The notes beneath the pieces are model-generated. The model did not search any database. It was not told the DNA's origin and saw nothing but the letters and a program-made list of their open reading frames with translations. Source: Cenarchaeum sp. (GTDB taxonomy: Archaea; Thermoproteota; Nitrososphaeria; Nitrososphaerales; Nitrosopumilaceae). Taken from it: 64,000 bases of DNA. Made by a program: the position numbers and the translations under genes. Below, one piece after another: positions 1-9,591 of the stretch; the stretch's first letter is position 1, and the number at the start of each line of letters is the position of its first letter. The stretch spans positions 64,001 through 128,000 of the forward strand of contig CBDESU010000002.1 of assembly GCA_965242695.1 (NCBI GenBank). Direction: 5' to 3'.

Positions 1-2725
1 CCTCTGAGGTATACACGCCGTCACTGTCGACGTCCGCACGCGACGGAGGCGCCCTCTTTTTCTGGTACAGCGCAAAGTAGGCCTCGTACAGCCTGTCCCC
101 GAGGGCTGGATCGTCTCGGAGCGAAATGTCCCTCGACTCGAGGTAGGCGGCGTACCCGCCGTGCAGCCGCTCTGCCGCATCCACCGCGCCCTGCGGCGCC
201 CTGGCCCGGAACTGGCGGGAGGTTGGCGTGTGCCCGTACTCCTTGTCGCGCAGGTAGGCAAACTCGTCGTCGAGTGCGGCCTGCGAGCGCGCCTCGGCGG
301 CGGAGCGGCGGCCGGCTCCGGCCCTGCCCGCCCTGGCTGTTTCGGCCCTGCCCGCCTCTCCGGCCGCGCCGGCTTTGGCCGTCCCGGCGTCCGCCCCGGC
401 GCCCCCGGGAGGCGCACCTGCCTCGGCCTCGGCCTGCGGGGCGGCCTCCCCGTCCCCGCCGCCGCCGCCGCCGCCATCCTCGTCCCACCGCTTCCAGTAC
501 TGGCGGTATATCTTCCAGCCGACCTCCTCTATCGACTCGTCGTGGCCGTAGTCGAGCTGGAAGTTGTCGTCTATGTCGATGATCACGACGTCCCTCGTGC
601 CGCCGCTCCGGGTTCCGCGCATGCCCCTGCCGATCATCTGCGTGTACAGCAGGGTGCTCCTCACCGGCCGCCCGACGAACACGCAGTCGATGTTGGGCGC
701 GTCGAATCCCGCCGTCAGGACGCCGTAGTTGCACAGCACCTCTAGGTCGCCCGTGCGGAACCGCTCTATCGCGGCGGCCCGCGACTCGGCGTCCGTGCGA
801 GAGTCGATGTAGGCGGCCTTGATGCCGTGCAGGGCCTTGAGCAGGACGGCGATAAGCCTAGAGTGCTCCACGCTGCACCCGAAGAAGAGTATCTTCTTGC
901 GCCCGTATGTCCCGTTCATCTCGCTGATCTTGTCGAGTATGAGGCGGTTTCGGGCAGGCATGTTGCCGATCCCCTTGATCGTATCCAGGCCGAACTCGCC
1001 GAACTGCCTTACGTGGTCCATGTCCCGGGCCGTGAGGCGGATGCCGTCCGACGGGAGCACCCTGTGGTACACGTCGCACAGGATCTTCCTCTTGATCAGC
1101 CGGTGGTAGAGGCGCTTTTGCCTCTCCGGCGCGGCTGCCCCGTCCGCGTCTCCGCCGGCGTCGGCGGGCCTGTCCCTGATCCGCAGGTAGGCCGACGCGC
1201 TGCCCGTGTCCCCCTCGTTGTCCGTCACGGTCAGGGTTATCTTGTACTCGCCCGGGTTGTCGAGCTGCTCTACGATGTTTTTTTGGCCGCCGATGCGCCG
1301 CGCCGCGCGCCCGCCGCCGGCCTCGCCGGGGCCCCGGTACATGTCGATGAACGGCCTCGTCTTCTCTATCGTCCACAGGTACCCGTCGTCGCGTATGTAC
1401 CCGTCGCGGTCGTACGACCGCTCCCCGAGGATGCGGACGGGGTCGCCGGCGTACGCCGACGGCTGGCAGTCGATCAGCGCGTGCGGGCGCTCGTTTCCGC
1501 CCACGCCGCCGCTGCCGTCGTAGTACGGGATGTCGGGGTAGACGACATCGCCGTACCGCCTCTTGAGCTGCGCCTTTTCCTCGGCATCCCCGGTGCCGCG
1601 GAACGGCGTGGCCGTCAGTCCGATCAGCACTATGCCGAGCTCGGATATCTCCTTCTTGCGGTTGTCCCAGTTGAAGTGCATCTTGCGCAGCACGTCCGAG
1701 TAGGACCTCGCCGTCGAGTGGTGCGCCTCGTCGACGACGATGCACGACGTCAGCCCTGCGAGGCGGTCGAGCTGCCCGGGATCCCTCTTGAGGACCTTGT
1801 CGAGCGACTGCATCGTGGCCACGATGACGCCCCTCTCGTCGAGCAGGTCGCTCATTTCCATCGACGGCAGGACTCCGCCCTGCCCCCAGAACCGGTGCAG
1901 GCGCAGCGTCGTGCCCCTCTTGCCGAGCGCCTCGAAGACCTCCCGAAAGCTGCCCACCGCCTGCTCGCACAGCTCTTCGGTCTGCGCCACCCATACGATG
2001 AACTTCGAGTCGGACTGCTGCCTGTTCTCGGACCTCTTGCCGTCGTTGAGCCACTCGACGAGCGTCTCGACGACCATGCGCGTCTTGCCCGATCCCGTCG
2101 GCACCGCGATGAGGCGCCGCTTGATCGGGCGGCCGTCCGCGTCCTTCCGCGTCCCCTCCAGCATGCCCCGCACGAGCAGGCCCGCCGTGTACTGGTAGTC
2201 GTACAGGGGGTTGAGCTGCGAGTGCGGCTCGACGACCTCGGTGGCAGGCGGCCGCTGCACGCGCTCCTTCCTGGCAGTCGACGGCGGCAGGCCGAGCTTT
2301 TCGGCCAGCAGCATGCACCACCTGTCCGACAGGCGCGCCCGGGCCACCTCGCCGAGCGACCGGAACCGGCGGTAGTGCATCTTGTGGGCCGCATCGAACA
2401 TGCCGGCCTCTTCGATGTCGCCCCTTGCGGCGGCGGCGCGCAGCATGCGCTCGACAAACCTCTGGCGCTTTTCGGGATCGCCGTCTATGTTGCGCAGAAA
2501 GTGCGGCCCGACGCACGTGTAGAGTATCTCGGAGAGGCGCCCGGCATCGCCGATCTCTTCGTGCGCCCCGAGCATCTCGGCCACGGGCGCGCTGACCTCG
2601 CCTAGCACGTCTCGCAGCTCGTCCGGCCCCCACCACTCGGCGAACCTGCGCAGGCATGCCTCCCTCGAGCCCGTGGCGGATGCGCCGCCGGGCGCGGCGC
2701 GGGGGATCTCAACCAGCGCGACCAC
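1..2725 (-). CDS. SF2 DEAD/DEAH (ResIII/Irc3-like) helicase with inserted PKD domain; 3' end runs off the window
   Basis: Not in the ORF track because it is open at the window edge. Manual translation gives Walker A LIAVPTGSGKT, WVAQTEELCEQA, VVDEAHH, GLTATPFR, LCNYGVLTAGFDAP and YTQMIGRGMRG. The GTG start at about 2725 is approximate. Confidence 0.85.
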   Translation of the reverse strand, partial: MVALVEIPRAAPGGASATGSREACLRRFAEWWGPDELRDVLGEVSAPVAEMLGAHEEIGDAGRLSEILYTCVGPHFLRNIDGDPEKRQRFVERMLRAAAARGDIEEAGMFDAAHKMHYRRFRSLGEVARARLSDRWCMLLAEKLGLPPSTARKERVQRPPATEVVEPHSQLNPLYDYQYTAGLLVRGMLEGTRKDADGRPIKRRLIAVPTGSGKTRMVVETLVEWLNDGKRSENRQQSDSKFIVWVAQTEELCEQAVGSFREVFEALGKRGTTLRLHRFWGQGGVLPSMEMSDLLDERGVIVATMQSLDKVLKRDPGQLDRLAGLTSCIVVDEAHHSTARSYSDVLRKMHFNWDNRKKEISELGIVLIGLTATPFRGTGDAEEKAQLKRRYGDVVYPDIPYYDGSGGVGGNERPHALIDCQPSAYAGDPVRILGERSYDRDGYIRDDGYLWTIEKTRPFIDMYRGPGEAGGGRAARRIGGQKNIVEQLDNPGEYKITLTVTDNEGDTGSASAYLRIRDRPADAGGDADGAAAPERQKRLYHRLIKRKILCDVYHRVLPSDGIRLTARDMDHVRQFGEFGLDTIKGIGNMPARNRLILDKISEMNGTYGRKKILFFGCSVEHSRLIAVLLKALHGIKAAYIDSRTDAESRAAAIERFRTGDLEVLCNYGVLTAGFDAPNIDCVFVGRPVRSTLLYTQMIGRGMRGTRSGGTRDVVIIDIDDNFQLDYGHDESIEEVGWKIYRQYWKRWDEDGGGGGGGDGEAAPQAEAEAGAPPGGAGADAGTAKAGAAGEAGRAETARAGRAGAGRRSAAEARSQAALDDEFAYLRDKEYGHTPTSRQFRARAPQGAVDAAERLHGGYAAYLESRDISLRDDPALGDRLYEAYFALYQKKRAPPSRADVDSDGVYTSE

Positions 2726-2768
2726 CTGCGGGCGCGGCAGGGGAAGCCGTTGCGCCCATGCCGCGCCC

Positions 2769-4622
2769 TCATTCGAGGCCGCTAAAAAAGCCTAGCGAGT
2801 CGTCGGCGACGAGCGCGCGGTCGAGCAGCCAGTTGGCGTTCTCGCAGCTCGTCTCGGGCAGGAGCGCGCAGGCGTAGCACGCCGAGCCGTTGAGCCTCGC
2901 CACGGGCGGCATGCCGGCCTCCCGCTCCTTGAGGGCAGGGTCGTCGTCGGAGCAGAGCGGATCGCCCGAGCACCGCCTCGAGCGGCGCACCGCCGACCTC
3001 AGCGCGTCCCAGAACGCGCCGGGCTCGCCCTGCCTTGCAAGCCCCCCGAGGCTGCCGTCGGACGACGGGCTTGCCGTGTACAGCAGCATGCCGCTGTAGC
3101 CGTCCCCGCAGTAGAGCCGCTCGCGTATGGACGCCTCCGAGTAGCCGGACCCGAGGGCCAGTTCCCTGGCCAGCAGGTGCGATACGGTGTGGATCAGCAT
3201 GTACCTCGGGCTCGCCTCGCTCCGCCTCCACCCGCGCTCGGCCACCCACTGCCCGACCGCCCTGATCGTCGGCGCGCACCGCGCGGCGACGTCGGGCCTG
3301 CCCTCCCACCTGCGCAGCCTCTCCTCGCTCAGCGAGAACAGGATGCCCTCGCCGCGGTTTTCGACTGCGGGATACCACTTCATGTGGTCGCGGGATATAC
3401 GGCAGTAGTGCGTCTCGGCGGCCTCTTCGGTCGAGTACGGGTCGGGCGCGACGCCGCGCGTGAACGACCGGACGACCCTGATCTCGGTGAGGCGCCCGAC
3501 GACCCTGAGCGACGAGAGATACTCCGACGCCTCGGCGCCTAGCGGCGAGCTGGCGATCTCGAGATAGTCGCCCGCCCGGAACGCCTCGTGCGCCGTCAGG
3601 TCGTCGTACTCGATGCGGCGTATGTCCGCCTCGCTGAAGGCCTTTGTGATCCTTGTCCCGCCGGAGGTCGGGCGGTAGCACTCCCGGATGTGATCGGCGA
3701 TCTCGCCGGCGGCGTACCTTTCGCGCAGTCCGGCGAAGAGGGAGTGGCGCTCGGCGACGTCGTCGGCCGGGTTCATGTCCAGCGCGCTGTCGACCTCGGC
3801 CTTGTGCTCGGCGATGAACTGCCGTACCTCGTGGAGCATCCTTGGTATGTACAGCGCCGAGACGGTCGACGGGTAGTAGAGGCTCGTCGAGAGCGTCTGG
3901 ACGCCGCGAGGCCTGCCGGGGCCGTTGCCGCCGGCCGATCCGGCGCACTCGTCGGCCCGGCCGCCGAGCCACGGCGACAGGCCGCTGCAGCGGTCGACTA
4001 TGCCGTCAAGGCCGTCGCGCGAGACGGCCGAGCCGCACGAGCGCGATGCCCCACACGAGTCGCACCTTACGTAGTAGTCTGACAGCGCCGTGCTCCTGCC
4101 CCTGGCCCGCATGCGGAGGACGGGGTGCGGGTCGTCGCATTCCTTCTTCGACTCGCTGTGGGCCCACTCGCGCCACGGAAAGTCGTCGAGGTGGCCCCTC
4201 TCGCACATGACGATGAACCGGGCGGGGTACAGCGAGCTCTTGCACAGGTCGCACCTAAACTCGGCGCGGCCCCTCGGCGGCGCATCCCTGTGCGGCTGGA
4301 GGGCCTTGCACGCGGGGTTTGAGCATACGCCCCACATTGGAAACGACCTGCATGCGACGACCCTTTCCCTATCATCGGCGTACGGCATGCGAAAGTGCGT
4401 CTTGCCTAGCAGGGCCTCGAGGTACGCGTGGTGGATCACCTTGTAGTGCCCGCTGTGCTCGGCCCAGCTGTCGGGGCCCATTATGACGACCGAGTCGTTG
4501 CGCGTCTGCACGAGCGAGCCTGGGCCGAACGACGAGATCAGCTGGCTCGGGCGGATGGTGCCTGCCGGGCTCGCGTATGGATTCTGTGATGCGCCCTGTC
4601 CGCGGCTCGGCATGCCGGCCAT
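2769..4622 (-). CDS. drmB: DUF1998-domain protein, DISARM DrmB-like
   Basis: N-terminal IRPSQLISSFGPG, PARFIVMCERGHLDDFPW, LIHTVSHLL, ASIRERLY, and C-terminal CSGDPLC...ACYAC...PETSCE cysteine cluster. The ATG overlaps the upstream stop (TGATG). Confidence 0.85.
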   Translation of the reverse strand: MAGMPSRGQGASQNPYASPAGTIRPSQLISSFGPGSLVQTRNDSVVIMGPDSWAEHSGHYKVIHHAYLEALLGKTHFRMPYADDRERVVACRSFPMWGVCSNPACKALQPHRDAPPRGRAEFRCDLCKSSLYPARFIVMCERGHLDDFPWREWAHSESKKECDDPHPVLRMRARGRSTALSDYYVRCDSCGASRSCGSAVSRDGLDGIVDRCSGLSPWLGGRADECAGSAGGNGPGRPRGVQTLSTSLYYPSTVSALYIPRMLHEVRQFIAEHKAEVDSALDMNPADDVAERHSLFAGLRERYAAGEIADHIRECYRPTSGGTRITKAFSEADIRRIEYDDLTAHEAFRAGDYLEIASSPLGAEASEYLSSLRVVGRLTEIRVVRSFTRGVAPDPYSTEEAAETHYCRISRDHMKWYPAVENRGEGILFSLSEERLRRWEGRPDVAARCAPTIRAVGQWVAERGWRRSEASPRYMLIHTVSHLLARELALGSGYSEASIRERLYCGDGYSGMLLYTASPSSDGSLGGLARQGEPGAFWDALRSAVRRSRRCSGDPLCSDDDPALKEREAGMPPVARLNGSACYACALLPETSCENANWLLDRALVADDSLGFFSGLE

Positions 4623-7600
4623 CAGGCGCCGCCCCCTCCGCCGCCGCTGCCGCCGCGCACGTCGTCTAGGTACCACACCGGCACCGGCGGCTCGGCGTCC
4701 CTGAGCGAGTTGGGCACCTCTTCGAGCCCCCTCGATGCATCCTCGCCGGTCGGCCGCATCAGGTACTCTGCATTCTCGGGCTGCCGCGCCAGGCGGTGCC
4801 ACGGCCGGCTGTACCTGAGTGGAAGCCGCCCTGTCGCCGCCTCGTGCCAGACCCCCGCAAGCCGGTCAATGTCCTCCGACGTGCCCACTTCCTGGTCGGG
4901 GTCGACGCTCCTGGCCCTTTCCAGTATAGCGGCGCGGGCCCTCTCGAGCATGCCGGCGACATGCGACTCGGGAGGGGACGCGCGGAACTCGGCGGCTCCG
5001 GAGGCGCCGGCGAGCCTTGTGCCCTCGTGGCGCAGCATGGCCACGAGCACGGCTAGGAGCGCCCTGTCGCGCGAGCGCGACGAGAACGGCGTGACCGTGT
5101 TCGGCTCGACGTTCTTGTGCAGGGTGGAGTGGTAATGCACAAAGTTCTCGTAGTGCGACAGGTCGCGCGGCTTGAGGTAGTTTAGGTTGGCGATGACGAG
5201 GCCCGGCGATGCGCGCCCGATCCGCCCCGTCGCCTGTATGTACTCGGAGTGGTTCTTTGGCTGGCCGTTGACGATCATGACGCCGAGCCGCGGTATGTCG
5301 ACGCCGACGGAGAGCATGTTCGTGCAGAGCAGGACGTCGACGGGCGTCGGCGCGATGCCGGCGCTCCCAGGCTCCCGCGGCCGGCCGGCGCCCTCTACGG
5401 CCGCCTCCAGGCCGCGCAGTATGTCGGGTATGTCGCTCGAGTCGATGCGGCTCGTCAGCTCCTCCTTCATGAGCAGTGCGTCCTTGTACGCCCGCCCGCC
5501 GTCCTTTTTCCCGCCGCCTCCGCCGGCGGCGGCGGCGGCATCCTCCTCAAAGTTGGCGTATATCCTCTGGATGAGGCGCGGAACCGTGTCGTCGTACATC
5601 TTGTTGGCCCCGCCGAGGTCGCGCAGGGTGTTGAAGTAGGCCACGAGGGTGTGGTACGGGTCGAGGTCGCCCGGCGCTAGCTCGCCCCCCTCCTCGAGCG
5701 CGCGCACCTTGCGCAGGACGGCGGCAGACAGCCTGCCGAGCACCGTCGGGCCGCTTCGCGACGTGACGCACATTCCGACGTACGCCCTGCCTGGCTTGAT
5801 CGAGGGGTCGGCCCTTGTCGCAAAGAACGACTCGCCGTAGTCTAGGCCCTGCGGGGGAAACACCCTGCTGTCGCGGCGGTCAAAGACCGCGGCTATCTGC
5901 CCCGACGCCTTCTTGGCCGTGGCGGTCGAGGCTATGATCTTTGGGCGCCCGGCGCTGCCGCCGGAGCACAGCGCGTCCACGGCCGTCTCGTAGATTCCCG
6001 TCAGCGTGCCGAGCGGCCCCGATATCAGGTGCAGCTCGTCCTGTATGACGAGCTCGGGCGGGTCGAGTCGGGCCTGGCCGTGGTCGCCTAGCAGGAATGT
6101 CTCGGCGTTGCCGTGCGCGCCGCAGTCCTTGTCGAGCGCGTCGACAGTAAAGCCGTGCTTTTGGCAGTACTTGTCGACGCGGCCGAGGACGGCGCCGGCC
6201 TCCCACTTCCACGTGAGCTGCGCAAACTTGTCGACCGTCCCTATCACCAGGGACGGGCACCTGCTGTAGATGTCGTCGTCGACGACGAGGACGGGCAGGT
6301 TGGACTCGTAGCCGGCGCCCGGCTTGTCGGAGAATTCGCAGTACTTGTTCGGGCAGTACACGCGGCACTGCTCGGGCCTGCCCGACACGCGGTAGTCGCG
6401 TGCTGTAATCTCCTTGCCGCACCAGGGGCACTCGATGATCTGCACGGGGTTCTCGCCGCGCCTCGGCCGGCCGGCCCTCGCCTCCTCGATCGCCTCCCGG
6501 GCGCTCTGGAGGCGGTTGGGCGTCGCGCCAGACCCGACCCACAGCCCGACAAGGAACGGCTCGTCGCCCCACTTTGCCGGGGTGCGGCGCCGCACGGACT
6601 CGCATGCGCACATGAGGGCCGCGGCCCTGTGGAACTGTTGCAGCGTGAGCAGGCGGAGGGTGTACCGCATGACGACGGCCGTGCCGTAGCGGAGGTGGTT
6701 GGCATCGTGGGAGCGCAGGCGCCGGTGCGCCAGCGTAAAGGCGATCAGGCCGAGGTACGCCTCCGTCTTGCCCCCGCCGGTGGGAAACCACAGCAGGTCG
6801 GCGGTGCGGCGGCCCTCCGAGGACGGATCCGTGATCGACTCTATGTTGAGGAGGAAGAAGGCGAGCTGGAACATGTGCCACCTGCACTCGCAGGGGCCCG
6901 GCTCGTAGGCAGGCGCCTGGAGGCCGGCTCGCTTGTCTCGTATCCACCGGGCGTGCGACATCTGCAGGTACATGGCCCTGTTGGCGAACGAAAAGGCGTC
7001 GGCCGCCGCCTCATCGGTCGAGACGATCTCGATGCCGCGCCGGATGCGCCGCAGTGCGCGCCGGCACTCGGCTGCCTGTCGGTTGGCGGCCGCCCTGTGG
7101 CGGGCCGGCATCCGTGCCGCGCGCGGCTCCAGATCGCCGGCTATCCAGGCCTCGTACTCGTCGGCGAGCGGCGAGAGGAGGGCGGCATAGTCAGCCGCCT
7201 TTGCCTCGTACAGCGTCCTCATGTCCAGGTATGCGGCATCGGAGGGGCGGGGTCCGACGTGGGGCACGTCGTACCGCGGCACAAAGGTCGTCTCTAGGGA
7301 CGAGACGGCGCCGTGCTCGGCCGCCTCTTTTTCGTCCCACACTACGGCGCAGCAGTGGCCGGCCGCCACATGGACTTTGTCACGGAACATCATCTCAAAG
7401 AGGGCGTGGTCGGGGTCGACCTGGTCGCCGTCCGGCGGCGGCGCGGCGGCGGCGCCGACGAATATACGCGCATTCCCGCCTGCGGCGCCGTCCGGCGGCA
7501 GCAGCGTTATTCGCGGTTGGAAGGCGCACCGCGAGACGCCCGGCGGCGCAACCGCGAGGTGGATGTTCGTGTTTACCACGAACACGCGCAGGGCCGGGCC

Positions 7601-8230
7601 CCCGCCCGGGCCTCCGGCCTTGACAGAGTACCGAACCTCGAACTCTGGGTGGTCCTGCAGGGGCACGGATGCGGGGCCGGGCCGGCCCACGGGAATGTCG
7701 ATGGTCTCCGAGTGCGGGACGCGCCGGAACCGCCTGGCCTTCGAGTCCTCGGAGGGCTCTTCGACGTACGTACCGTACTCGATGCGCGCCCGCACGCGGC
7801 TTGTGCCCGGCGCGAGGGTGCAGCTAAGTCCGAACGACGACGGGTTGGCGCCCGTGGAGGGAACGCCCCCGGCGCCGGCGGCGGAGTGGCCTGCGCCCGC
7901 ATCGGCGTCTCCGCCGTCGGCGGCGGCGGCCCCGCCGCCTGCCTGCACGCCGGATCGCCCCTCGTTGTCCTCCTCGTCTGCCTGCATGTGGCGCGGGAAC
8001 AGTATGCCCGACATGTACCCGCGCAGGGGGCTCTCGCTCGACGGCAGCTTCTCTTCGGGGCCGCCCCGCGGCCCGACTATGTCGGCGCGCAGCTCGTCGA
8101 TGAGCATCTCGCGCACCTCGAGTGCTCCTTGCCTGCGGAGGCGGGGGGCAGGCTCGCCGTGGGCGGGGGGCAGACGGGACGAATCGCGGAGCTGATTGGC
8201 GCCGGGGGCGGCATCGCCGGCAGAGCTCAT
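4622..8230 (-). CDS. drmA: SF2 helicase, DISARM DrmA-like
   Basis: W..FQLAFFL, LLWFPTGGGKTEAYLG, YTLRLLTLQQF, GTVDKFA, IQDELHLISGPLGT, NMLSVGVDIPRL and EYIQATGRIGR motifs. GGAGG lies upstream of the ATG at 8230. Confidence 0.88.
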   Translation of the reverse strand: MSSAGDAAPGANQLRDSSRLPPAHGEPAPRLRRQGALEVREMLIDELRADIVGPRGGPEEKLPSSESPLRGYMSGILFPRHMQADEEDNEGRSGVQAGGGAAAADGGDADAGAGHSAAGAGGVPSTGANPSSFGLSCTLAPGTSRVRARIEYGTYVEEPSEDSKARRFRRVPHSETIDIPVGRPGPASVPLQDHPEFEVRYSVKAGGPGGGPALRVFVVNTNIHLAVAPPGVSRCAFQPRITLLPPDGAAGGNARIFVGAAAAPPPDGDQVDPDHALFEMMFRDKVHVAAGHCCAVVWDEKEAAEHGAVSSLETTFVPRYDVPHVGPRPSDAAYLDMRTLYEAKAADYAALLSPLADEYEAWIAGDLEPRAARMPARHRAAANRQAAECRRALRRIRRGIEIVSTDEAAADAFSFANRAMYLQMSHARWIRDKRAGLQAPAYEPGPCECRWHMFQLAFFLLNIESITDPSSEGRRTADLLWFPTGGGKTEAYLGLIAFTLAHRRLRSHDANHLRYGTAVVMRYTLRLLTLQQFHRAAALMCACESVRRRTPAKWGDEPFLVGLWVGSGATPNRLQSAREAIEEARAGRPRRGENPVQIIECPWCGKEITARDYRVSGRPEQCRVYCPNKYCEFSDKPGAGYESNLPVLVVDDDIYSRCPSLVIGTVDKFAQLTWKWEAGAVLGRVDKYCQKHGFTVDALDKDCGAHGNAETFLLGDHGQARLDPPELVIQDELHLISGPLGTLTGIYETAVDALCSGGSAGRPKIIASTATAKKASGQIAAVFDRRDSRVFPPQGLDYGESFFATRADPSIKPGRAYVGMCVTSRSGPTVLGRLSAAVLRKVRALEEGGELAPGDLDPYHTLVAYFNTLRDLGGANKMYDDTVPRLIQRIYANFEEDAAAAAGGGGGKKDGGRAYKDALLMKEELTSRIDSSDIPDILRGLEAAVEGAGRPREPGSAGIAPTPVDVLLCTNMLSVGVDIPRLGVMIVNGQPKNHSEYIQATGRIGRASPGLVIANLNYLKPRDLSHYENFVHYHSTLHKNVEPNTVTPFSSRSRDRALLAVLVAMLRHEGTRLAGASGAAEFRASPPESHVAGMLERARAAILERARSVDPDQEVGTSEDIDRLAGVWHEAATGRLPLRYSRPWHRLARQPENAEYLMRPTGEDASRGLEEVPNSLRDAEPPVPVWYLDDVRGGSGGGGGGA

Positions 8231-8539
8231 GCTCCTCCGCCCCCTCCTCCCGTGCAGGCCGACAACACGGCCGGCCGGATATTGCTCAATAAAAGCGTGC
8301 AGTGTGAGGGCCAGCGAGTGGCCATAGCCCTGCACGGGGCGTTTGGCCAATACTGAAGCAGCTGCGCCGTTCCATGCCTATTTCTGACTTGCCGCTGTAA
8401 AGACTTTGTAGACTACAACCGCATGCCGGAAGCTATGGCGCAGTGCGATGCCAGCCCCCGTGCGTCCCCCCCCCCCACAAGTAAACCCAAGTGATCATGA
8501 CACTCGGCAGCGCGAGATCCTGTGGGCAGGAGCAGGCCA

Positions 8540-8831
8540 TCATGGGCGGTTGTCGCGCCCATACAGTTGTTTATGATCGCCAAGATCAACCAGGTGGACA
8601 ACATGTGCATGGCAGCCTATGCGATAGATAAGACTAACAGGTTTTGTGAGGTGAAATCCGTAGCAATCATGGTACGTCCATGCTTTTTTTTTCACCAAGA
8701 GTTGATGAGTCATTGCACGATTCCGGTTCGTCGATAAATGCATCAGGCAGGCGCTGTGCGGGCGCATTGCTTTTAATGTTTTTGAGCGCCTTCGTTATTC
8801 TGGGATGGCTTGATACCTTCCAATGTGTCAT
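8540..8831 (-). pseudogene. RelE/ParE-like toxin, frameshifted near an A9 run
   Basis: ATG at 8831 overlaps the upstream TGA and gives MTHWKVSSHPRITKALK...LGEKK. Another frame continues CYGFHLTKPVSLIYRI...VHLVDLGDHKQLY, a RelE-like C-terminus. Confidence 0.55.
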
Positions 8832-9421
8832 TCTTCAAGGACCCTCTTCACATGCTTTTTATATTCGGCAGGCGTGTATGTTTTGGCGACGTATGTCCCC
8901 GAGTCAATGGCTTTGAGCGTCTCTTCTATTTCGGGATTGAATTTTTCGTAGTCGTCTGCATCGCTTGCGGCGCTTTCAAGCAAGCCGTTCTTGATCAGGC
9001 TGTTTGTCGTGTACTTGGGATAAGCGTTATAGGCGTCCCTTAATAAGTCGTGTAGATTTCTTTTGTTGAGGCGTGCAAGCTTGTCATACAGCTCCTTTAT
9101 CACCGATCCATTGTCCCTGACCAGTGTGCGCAGAATTTTCCTGCCCTTGGGCTTGAGGGCATACACGTAGATCGTGTGCCCATCTGGTGTGGTCTGCCGT
9201 GCTTCGCCAAGAATGTTTGCGTCAATGCAGAACCGCACATCTTCTGCCAGATCACGGCTGTATGGGCCATAGTGGTATGGCTCCCAGTCGTGGTAAAAGT
9301 CAAGGTCCAGCAGGTCGTCCCTGCACAGATGCGCGGCGATGAAGCCATACTTTTGCAGGCGTAGCCTTCCCCGAACCGTCAGCTCGTTTACGAGGACGAC
9401 TAGTCGCTCGGGTCCCGCCAT
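8828..9421 (-). CDS. YwgA/Panacea (DUF4065/SocA)-like winged-helix protein, putative antitoxin
   Basis: RGRLRLQKYGF and WEPYHYGPYSRDL motifs, lower GC, and ATGA coupling to the RelE-like gene. Confidence 0.65.
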   Translation of the reverse strand: MAGPERLVVLVNELTVRGRLRLQKYGFIAAHLCRDDLLDLDFYHDWEPYHYGPYSRDLAEDVRFCIDANILGEARQTTPDGHTIYVYALKPKGRKILRTLVRDNGSVIKELYDKLARLNKRNLHDLLRDAYNAYPKYTTNSLIKNGLLESAASDADDYEKFNPEIEETLKAIDSGTYVAKTYTPAEYKKHVKRVLEE

Positions 9422-9591
9422 TCCCGCGCCCCGCCCATCCCGCCATAATAGTCCATTGGACGGCGGGGAGGCACCTCGCCATCTTCCACAAGCCGCGGCT
9501 CGGGGCGAAAGCCGTGCATGGCCTGCCGCCGGTTCCTGGCGGGCCGAAGTAGCCGGCGGCAGGGGCAGGCGCCCCCCCCCCAAACGCAGAT

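Noticed and set aside
827-2657. Long ORFs 827..2605 (+) and 858..2657 (-)
   Set aside because: These are shadow frames of the real helicase, which lies in the third minus frame and is missing from the track because it is open at the window edge.
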